Made by a program: the position numbers and the translations under genes. The notes beneath the pieces were generated by a model. That model was not told where the DNA came from. It saw only the letters and a program-made list of their open reading frames with translations, and made no database searches. A DNA stretch of 64,000 nt from a virus: positions 64,001 through 128,000 of IMG/VR virus record IMGVR_UViG_3300024324_000009; one strand, given 5' to 3'. Within the stretch, counting starts at the first letter, position 1. Each line of letters starts with the position of its first letter. Shown piece after piece: positions 57,828 through 64,000 of the stretch.

Positions 57828-58430
57828 TTACCATACGGTTTTTGCATCATAGCATTCTGAAACTGGTAGTTTACCACCGGGGCCAAGATAGACCAACTTA
57901 CCGGGACAGGCCTGCGTAGGCTGGGCTGCAACGTCCGTTGAAGTGGCACTAGAGCCATCAACTGGCGACCAGAATGGATCGTCAGAGACAGTGACCGCTG
58001 GATCAAACTCGCCTAGATAGGCATTCCACTGACCAGCACGAATTGCTGTTGCAATTTGATAAGTGTAAGTTTTCTCACGCTTTGCTGGGTTACGAATCCA
58101 TGATGGATCGTCATTGATGTGTGTCAAGAAATCATTGGCTACACCACCGATTGTGTCACTGACGCGAGCAGCAACCATCTTGTAGACACGACCTTCTGAT
58201 TTGCCTTGACCCATATTGTAAGCAAATTCACCTGCTGAAACTGCCTTATCAGCATTCTCACCTTCTACAACAGTCGAAGCAAAAACTCCGTTTTGTAGAG
58301 GACGCAAAGCTGAATTGACATTATCCAGAAGATAAACTTTTTCATTCAAAGGATTACCAAGATCAACAGCAGAACCGTGATTGTTCTGTACTGCTTCGCT
58401 TGATACTGCCTTTTCTGTAGTAACTATCAT
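57828..58430 (-). CDS. Probable highly expressed virion protein
   Basis: GGAG RBS before the ATG at 58430; GGTGTA motif upstream and a strong terminator downstream. Confidence 0.55.
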   Translation of the reverse strand: MIVTTEKAVSSEAVQNNHGSAVDLGNPLNEKVYLLDNVNSALRPLQNGVFASTVVEGENADKAVSAGEFAYNMGQGKSEGRVYKMVAARVSDTIGGVANDFLTHINDDPSWIRNPAKREKTYTYQIATAIRAGQWNAYLGEFDPAVTVSDDPFWSPVDGSSATSTDVAAQPTQACPGKLVYLGPGGKLPVSECYDAKTVW

Positions 58431-58473
58431 AATTTTCTCCATGAAGTTAGGGAACTGTATATACAATCATTGT

Positions 58474-58480
58474 ATACACC
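58474..58480 (-). promoter_or_regulatory. GGTGTA motif (candidate late promoter)
   Basis: taGGTGTATacaat in the intergenic gap. Confidence 0.45.
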
Positions 58481-58513
58481 TACAAAGGAGAAAATAAGCA
58501 AATTAAAATACGG

Positions 58514-59188
58514 CTATTTTGAGGATGAGGTGGATAGAAAATTAACTATTTTTTCAAGAGAGTGCGGATTTGTACACTTATAACCTTTAATCTTATCTTT
58601 ATTATTGAAAAGTATCTCTAGCTGCCTGTCTGTCCATGCTGGGCCACCAGCCATAATATCAATATTAGCCACTTTTTGATTGGTCAATATACAAGCAAGC
58701 ATGTGATCTGCTATACAGTCTAGAAGATGGGACGTTGACACATAAATAGTTTCTATATTAAATCCAGCTAGTATTTGAGCACACTTGTACATAAGTTCTG
58801 CACTCATAATTCTGTACTCTAATATATAGCGACACTCTACCGCATTTTGATTACATATATTTCTACAGGCGTTTATATCCTGTCTAAACTTATCGTATTT
58901 CCTGTTGCCACACATAGTTAAAGGTGCTACAACTTCTATGATATCGCAACCGTTATTAATACATGTTTCTACTTCGTTGACACGAGAATCAGTGCTAGAC
59001 AAACCGAAAGGATAATCTATTACTGTACTAAGTTTAGTACTATCAGGTATTAGATTTTTTACTCCCTTGATGTAATAAGGAAGCACTGATATTACATCTG
59101 GCTTTAAATGTTTTATATTTGCTATGTCTGCTTTAATTTCAGAGTCATTAGACCCTAAATCATAATTAGCGTATTCTATTTCACACAT
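58514..59188 (-). CDS. deoC: Deoxyribose-phosphate aldolase-like TIM barrel, catalytic lysines apparently lost
   Basis: STVIDYPFG..EVE.CI.NGCDIIEVV; RYILE. YVSTS replaces KTSTG and IMAGG replaces VKASGG. Confidence 0.7.
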   Translation of the reverse strand: MCEIEYANYDLGSNDSEIKADIANIKHLKPDVISVLPYYIKGVKNLIPDSTKLSTVIDYPFGLSSTDSRVNEVETCINNGCDIIEVVAPLTMCGNRKYDKFRQDINACRNICNQNAVECRYILEYRIMSAELMYKCAQILAGFNIETIYVSTSHLLDCIADHMLACILTNQKVANIDIMAGGPAWTDRQLEILFNNKDKIKGYKCTNPHSLEKIVNFLSTSSSK

Positions 59189-59192
59189 TTTA

Positions 59193-59876
59193 TTATCTCT
59201 TTTTTTTAGATTTACTAAGAGCAGATTTTATTGTGTCTATGTTAGGAAACTGTCTACTACCAAGTACACCATCTGCGAATCCATAGTCAACACTTTCTTC
59301 TGGGTCTAAAATCCAATCGCTCTTGCTATCTAATTGAGAAACAATGTGCCTTTTGACCATCATTTTTTTCCATTTTTTTGATTCTGCTAAAGGACTTCCC
59401 ATACATTTGTCCGTAAATATATTTATCATTTTTTGTGATTCTCTTTGCGACCAAGCAAATGTAGCTATTGCCGCTTTATGTTCTGCTTCCAAAGCCAAAG
59501 AGCCGTAATGTATTAGCATGTTAGCATTAGGCATCATAACTCTAAGAGGTGCAGATTGAAATAGTATTCCGCTAGCAGATTCCACTTTAGCATAGGCGAG
59601 AATAGCTATTGGTGCTTTACTGTATGTTACTGTATCATATATAGCCATACAGTCTTGCCAATCGCCGCCGGGAATATGCATATGCACTAAAATAGGTTCT
59701 AGAGACAAGTGATTAAGATGACGGACATTTTTTTCAAATGCTATAGCAGACCTGTACTCCACGCCACTTTCTTCATCGTAGTCTGTTGGTGAATGCAAAA
59801 ATATTTCTCTGTTCTTTATGTCTATACCGTGGTTGTGTAAAGTGCTTACATCATGGTCGCTATTATTTCCCACCAT
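59193..59876 (-). CDS. clpP: ClpP-family serine protease
   Basis: REIFL; PGGD..MAIYD; VESAS (Ser); R.MMPNA.MLIH (His); DWILDPEESVDYGFAD (Asp). Confidence 0.85.
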   Translation of the reverse strand: MVGNNSDHDVSTLHNHGIDIKNREIFLHSPTDYDEESGVEYRSAIAFEKNVRHLNHLSLEPILVHMHIPGGDWQDCMAIYDTVTYSKAPIAILAYAKVESASGILFQSAPLRVMMPNANMLIHYGSLALEAEHKAAIATFAWSQRESQKMINIFTDKCMGSPLAESKKWKKMMVKRHIVSQLDSKSDWILDPEESVDYGFADGVLGSRQFPNIDTIKSALSKSKKKR

Positions 59877-60387
59877 TATTAGAGTCTACCTCTTTGCTTT
59901 CTAAGTATGCTAAAATTCTATTGTTAATATCTGCCATGACATCTCGTTCTGTAAACAACTTACCTATCCCTACCCTGAAACGATAGCGTGTAAACACATC
60001 CAAGCATTCTGTGCCAGCACAATATTCTATTATGCTTGCTATTGGTTCAGTAATGTTGAAGTTTGTATGACCTATCCAGAAATTAAAAATTTTACCTGAA
60101 GCAGTTTGTTCTGCATAGGGGATAATTCCCATAGGAGTGTTAATTGCTTTTATTGGAGCAGGAGAGAAAGTATCTTTAGGCATGTCTGGTTCTTCAACTT
60201 CTTCTTCATCGTCATCATTTTCAGCGGCCTCTTCTAAATGCTTACGAAAATGTTCAAAAGACTCAATTCCCATTTCTTCTAAAAATTGTTCTTCAGCATA
60301 CTGTTGATTGTCCATGATCTCTTCTTTAAGATCGTCATCTCCAAAAGGATCACGCCACTTCTCCCATACTAGTTTGTGTTTATTCAT
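59863..60387 (-). CDS. Acidic hypothetical protein
   Basis: WEKWRDP; TPMG; FNFWIGHTNF; RYRFRVGIGKLF. Confidence 0.6.
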   Translation of the reverse strand: MNKHKLVWEKWRDPFGDDDLKEEIMDNQQYAEEQFLEEMGIESFEHFRKHLEEAAENDDDEEEVEEPDMPKDTFSPAPIKAINTPMGIIPYAEQTASGKIFNFWIGHTNFNITEPIASIIEYCAGTECLDVFTRYRFRVGIGKLFTERDVMADINNRILAYLESKEVDSNNGGK

Positions 60388-60420
60388 AAGGGGTCTCTGG
60401 GTTATGTATGTGTACCTATT

Positions 60421-60448
60421 ATTATAGACGCAAGGTTCGTGAGGTCAA
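60421..60448 (-). promoter_or_regulatory. Sigma70-type promoter TTGACC-N16-TATAAT
   Basis: TTGACCtcacgaaccttgcgtcTATAAT upstream of 60387. Confidence 0.65.
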
Positions 60449-60450
60449 CC

Positions 60451-60843
60451 CTATTTGAAGGCTTCTCTGGGTTTTATAATAGGGGTATTTTGGCCTTTTA
60501 ATTGATCTTGCATCATATTGTCCATATTTGCCCAAGCTCCTACAGTAGTATCCACAAACACCTTATCTGTAGTATTAAAACATTCATAGCTAATTAACGT
60601 ATCTACCATATCTTTACTTAAAGCCCCGTTCGTTAATGTAAATAAAGCCTGAGCCAAACTAGTAGCAATTAATTTGGCTGACGCTTGATTATCCGGGGTC
60701 CAATCAGGCCAATCATATATTAGGTCTGTGGTATTGTCTACGTTTACATTAATTGTAAAACTAGCCATTTTTTTGGCAGACATAAGATCATCTTCACTCA
60801 GAACTTTTTTCCTACTAAATAAAGACTTCAACTTTTCTAACAT
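60451..60843 (-). CDS. Hypothetical protein
   Basis: ORF with a GGGAG RBS. Confidence 0.55.
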   Translation of the reverse strand: MLEKLKSLFSRKKVLSEDDLMSAKKMASFTINVNVDNTTDLIYDWPDWTPDNQASAKLIATSLAQALFTLTNGALSKDMVDTLISYECFNTTDKVFVDTTVGAWANMDNMMQDQLKGQNTPIIKPREAFK

Positions 60844-61168
60844 ATTCTGACTCCCTTGCTATTGACTTTGGTATTAAGTAATATTTTTCTGGTGGATTAA
60901 AATCAGGAGATAATTTAATATAGAATATTATTTCTATACAGACTCCTGTTTTATTTAACCCACAGAACGATGAATGAAGTTGATTGGAATCCATATCCAA
61001 CTTGCCCGATACGTACTGAGCCAGAGCAAATTTTAAGTTTACGTCTGACTCTTGTAGCGTATAAGTAATAGGAGAAAGGAAGTTAGAAGTACCATCTGAC
61101 AGAAAGTATTGTTGTACTTCATCAGTATTTAAAGTACTTATAACTGCTTTTAGTTCAACCTTAAACAT
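60815..61168 (-). CDS. Hypothetical protein
   Basis: Coupled to the sigma factor gene. Confidence 0.5.
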   Translation of the reverse strand: MFKVELKAVISTLNTDEVQQYFLSDGTSNFLSPITYTLQESDVNLKFALAQYVSGKLDMDSNQLHSSFCGLNKTGVCIEIIFYIKLSPDFNPPEKYYLIPKSIARESEYVRKVEVFI

Positions 61169-61751
61169 AAGCCCTGATCCTCTTTAGTCCTTTCTGAATA
61201 TTCTGACGAATAGCTTCTCTAGTAACGCCAAATATATTACCTATTTCTAATAAAGTTTTATCTTCAAAGTAATACATCTTAATTTGCTGACGCTGCTTAT
61301 CTGTCAACAGATCAGAAGAAATCAGACGGTTCATAATTGACTTCAAATTATCTGACTGTTCTTTTTCTGATACCAATACATAAGGATCATTAGAACTATT
61401 ATCATGTAGAGACTGTGCAAATGTACTGCCTTCGTCATCTGTAATGACACTATCTAAAGACAGGTTACAATTCTTCTTCTTATACTTTTGACTAATATAA
61501 GTCTTTATAGCCCAGATAGCACACTGGTTTCTGTATGAGTATTTACTCTTACTTCTACCTTCATGGCCTTTACGGTTAGCGTCCCATTTCCAATCCGCTT
61601 GCATGATAGCATGAGCAACGTCCGATACTGCATCGTCATTGTTCAGCAGTTCCATTCGTAAGCCTGAATAAAACTGCGGAGCAAATTTAGAAATAGTCTT
61701 TTTAGCAAGACCTAAGTACACACTGAGATTCTCGTATTTTTCCATAATCAT
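61161..61751 (-). CDS. Phage RNA polymerase sigma factor (sigma70 regions 2 and 4)
   Basis: A..KWD....SKYSY...AIWAI (region 2); LTDKQRQ.I.MYYFEDKTLLEIGNIFGVTREAIRQ (region 4 HTH). Confidence 0.85.
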   Translation of the reverse strand: MIMEKYENLSVYLGLAKKTISKFAPQFYSGLRMELLNNDDAVSDVAHAIMQADWKWDANRKGHEGRSKSKYSYRNQCAIWAIKTYISQKYKKKNCNLSLDSVITDDEGSTFAQSLHDNSSNDPYVLVSEKEQSDNLKSIMNRLISSDLLTDKQRQQIKMYYFEDKTLLEIGNIFGVTREAIRQNIQKGLKRIRAYV

Positions 61752-61794
61752 CCTCTTTCCTAAAAGTTAGTCGTCCAAAATCTAAAACTGTTAT

Positions 61795-62454
61795 TTACTT
61801 CTTTTTCTTCTTCTTATCTTCCGAAGGAGTCTGCGACTTCTTCAGAGCATCTTTAGTTGGCCTATCTGGGTCTCCCGGTTTGGCAGGTCGATAGTTTTTG
61901 CCTTCTCTTTCTTTCTTACGTCGAATGTTTTCCCACAAACCGGGACGGTCTGCCCCTTCTGTAGTATCGTCATCTGACGGATTGTACATTACAAAATCAT
62001 GAATGGTTTTCATGTAGTCTTCCGTTATAGCTATTTTACCCTGTAACCATGCTTCTGTCAAGTTCTCTTTTACATTTTTTTGACCTAAAGCATTAATTAT
62101 TTCTTGAGATTTAGATGCAATAGCATTTAATGAACCGATATTCATCTGAATAAAATCTTCTTTATATTCATTTTCGCTGGCTAAATTGGGGTTGTCATGT
62201 TCAAGTTGTACTTCTGTTTTTGTTATGGGTTGTCCGATAGTCCAATTATCTCCCGTGTTGCTTGCTTCGTATGTGACGACTTTGCCCATTTCATTAGGGA
62301 GGTATGAAACCCCTGTTACTGTGCCACGACTACCATAGTGTATACATTCAGGGTTTATATTCTTTACTCTGTCTCCTACGACAAAGGCTACTGTCTCTTC
62401 TTTCGTGCCTTGAATAGAGTCTTGCATACATGCGAACATCTTCTTATAATTCAT
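61795..62454 (-). CDS. Modular phage hypothetical protein
   Basis: VGDRVKN..GTV (KOW/SH3-like); EAWLQGKI..EDY; GLWENIRRK..AKPGDPDRP. Confidence 0.55.
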   Translation of the reverse strand: MNYKKMFACMQDSIQGTKEETVAFVVGDRVKNINPECIHYGSRGTVTGVSYLPNEMGKVVTYEASNTGDNWTIGQPITKTEVQLEHDNPNLASENEYKEDFIQMNIGSLNAIASKSQEIINALGQKNVKENLTEAWLQGKIAITEDYMKTIHDFVMYNPSDDDTTEGADRPGLWENIRRKKEREGKNYRPAKPGDPDRPTKDALKKSQTPSEDKKKKKK

Positions 62455-63145
62455 TAGTTTGCTCCTTGTAATATTCTTTTAATTTAGGATAAATAGATTT
62501 GATCAATTTCATAGAAGCAGAACTGTCCGAAGGATAGTGTACTCCTTGATATTGTCTAGCCATTCCGACCTGATCTGCAAGGTCATTAAATATTTTAGTA
62601 TGTTCTGGATACCTATCAGATAAAACAGCACTAGCCAGAGCAGCATAGCCGGTGTGTCCGCTAGGATATGCTGGGGTCTGATGTGTGCTAGTTACCATCA
62701 CAGGAATCTCTAGATCATAATATTTCATTAACTGTGTAGGTCTAGGTCTGTTATAGTAATGTTTTAAGTGGTCGATAATGTCGTATACTGAATTATAATA
62801 CAGCGACAAAAATTTACCTTCTGGAAACCTGATGCCTAGTCTGTCTAAAACTGGCTGATAAATAAACAATGGTTCTTTGTCAACTTTTTTAGTAAATTCT
62901 TTAAGTTTATCAGACTTGGACAATGCTGTTGTGTTAGAAACTACCTCTCTCAACTCGGCTTCAGTTTCTTTGCTAGAGTTTTTGTATGGTTCAGGAATAA
63001 TGGAAAATAAATCCAAGCCTTTTAATTCTGGGAAAGTTACATGACGATGTACAGACTGATTATAATCATAACCAGAAATGTAGCGAACATCATCAATGTT
63101 TTTCGCCTCGTTTAAATTTTTTCTAACAGCATTTATTAAATCCAT
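62444..63145 (-). CDS. PAP2-superfamily phosphatase/haloperoxidase-like protein
   Basis: K.YYNRPRP; PAYPSGH; AR..QGVHYPSD. Confidence 0.85.
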   Translation of the reverse strand: MDLINAVRKNLNEAKNIDDVRYISGYDYNQSVHRHVTFPELKGLDLFSIIPEPYKNSSKETEAELREVVSNTTALSKSDKLKEFTKKVDKEPLFIYQPVLDRLGIRFPEGKFLSLYYNSVYDIIDHLKHYYNRPRPTQLMKYYDLEIPVMVTSTHQTPAYPSGHTGYAALASAVLSDRYPEHTKIFNDLADQVGMARQYQGVHYPSDSSASMKLIKSIYPKLKEYYKEQTNEL

Positions 63146-63171
63146 AGTTTACCAAACGGGTTTGAGGAAAA

Positions 63172-63666
63172 TCACCATGCTCTACAACTCCAGTATCGTG
63201 CTTTCCAGCGTGGGCCGGGACTGCTACAATTATGTCTTGCTCTGAACGATTTGCGTCTTGCAGGATCGCTTTTTTTGATCTTCATATTGGGGTCTCCGAA
63301 ATTGACCTTGACGACATTACCTTTGTCGTTTTTTACGTATACACTACGCTTCTTAGGCCCATCAGGAGTTAAGAAAGGTTTACCTAGCTGCACTTTTCTG
63401 CCTTGATATTCAGCAGCGTCAGTAAAATCATTTTCCTCCTCGTCCCAGTTTAAATTTTCTGGATCAAAAAAATCTTCAAAACAATCTGGCTTTATTAGGT
63501 TGTTGGTCACTCTCTCCAATAGAGAAAGACTATCTTCCCATGCTGCTAGACATACAGGAAGACGCTTATTTGGTTCTGGATTTTCTTTTTTCAATGTAGG
63601 GTCAGCCATGCATCTTTTGACAAATGCTTGTTTACTTTCTCCGGGTTTTATTTTTGGTGAAGGCAT
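63172..63666 (-). CDS. DUF6321-like phage protein
   Basis: KVNFGDPNMKIK..PARRKSFRARHNC..ARYWSC..W; N-terminal PGESK.AFVKRCM module. Confidence 0.65.
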   Translation of the reverse strand: MPSPKIKPGESKQAFVKRCMADPTLKKENPEPNKRLPVCLAAWEDSLSLLERVTNNLIKPDCFEDFFDPENLNWDEEENDFTDAAEYQGRKVQLGKPFLTPDGPKKRSVYVKNDKGNVVKVNFGDPNMKIKKSDPARRKSFRARHNCSSPGPRWKARYWSCRAW

Positions 63667-63700
63667 GGTTATTCCCTATTGTTTTATATTTTGGTCTTAT

Positions 63701-64000
63701 TTACGACATACACCTTAAAAGATTTTCAGCGGTATTTTTCCATGAAAACTTCTTGGCTGTCTCAACGCCTGCTGGGTTGGTTTTTATGCCTGTATTATAA
63801 ACCTCTTGCATATGGCTAATGAATTGGTCTTTTTGATTTTGACCGATTTTTCCCCAATTACTCTTACCAAAAAACCATTTTCCATCATATGCTGATTCTT
63901 TTTCAGTAACATCTATGAGTCTTGAATTTTTCTTAGTACAAAACTCTTCGTGTGCTGACCAATTAGTTGCTATCACTGGCTTGTCCATAGCCATATGTTC
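63701..64000 (-). CDS. GT4 glycosyltransferase, C-terminal part (truncated by the window)
   Basis: MAMDKPVIATNWSAHEEF...FSWKNTA. Confidence 0.75.
   Translation of the reverse strand, partial: EHMAMDKPVIATNWSAHEEFCTKKNSRLIDVTEKESAYDGKWFFGKSNWGKIGQNQKDQFISHMQEVYNTGIKTNPAGVETAKKFSWKNTAENLLRCMS

Noticed and set aside
292-63718. Many short opposite-strand or nested ORFs in the track (e.g. 13750..14151 +, 20479..20862 +, 52868..53260 +, 8223..8543 -)
   Set aside because: They are shadows of well-supported genes, with no RBS, motif or coupling.
1-64000. Stop-codon reassignment
   Set aside because: Conserved genes are full length in the standard code, and TAA, TAG and TGA all terminate genes.
1-64000. 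tRNA, rRNA or tmRNA genes
   Set aside because: Intergenic gaps are short, and none shows a cloverleaf with T-loop/D-loop signatures by eye.
1-64000. Cellular chromosome or eukaryotic giant-virus origin (many GTs, Cys-rich proteins)
   Set aside because: Bacterial promoters and RBSs, DnaE/DnaB/DnaG/sigma70, tail-fibre motifs, dNMP kinase and the lack of housekeeping operons fit a bacteriophage.

Overview
This is an AT-rich, densely coded window from a large (probably jumbo-type) tailed dsDNA bacteriophage. It uses the standard genetic code, and I see no tRNA, rRNA, CRISPR array or integrase. Positions 1-10.8 kb (+ strand) end a probable structural/tail operon that includes a 3030-aa Cys-rich protein. 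Everything else is on the - strand. From left to right: glycosyltransferase cluster I (14.3-20.4 kb, partly degenerate); a replication/recombination module (SSB, a DnaE split into two genes without an intein, with a DEDDh exonuclease between the halves, Cas4-like nuclease, dNMP kinase, primase, DnaB, RecA, Rad52-like protein); nucleotide metabolism (PhoH, class II RNR, dCMP deaminase); glycan cluster II (sulfotransferase, RmlC, epimerase, GT2s, RgpF); structural and putative lysis genes (papain-like C1 peptidase and its catalytically dead Cys-rich paralog, holin-like and membrane proteins, Mtd_N tail fibre); and a block with a degenerate DeoC, ClpP, sigma factor and PAP2 phosphatase. An intact DUF1559 prepilin-like gene points to a Planctomycetota/PVC host (inference). 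The most notable signals are the split DnaE, the phage-borne DUF1559, recurrent pseudoenzymes, a possible protease-based lysis cassette, and two promoter classes (TTGAC-N16-TAnnAT and GGTGTA). All family calls come from motif recognition by eye; no database search was run.
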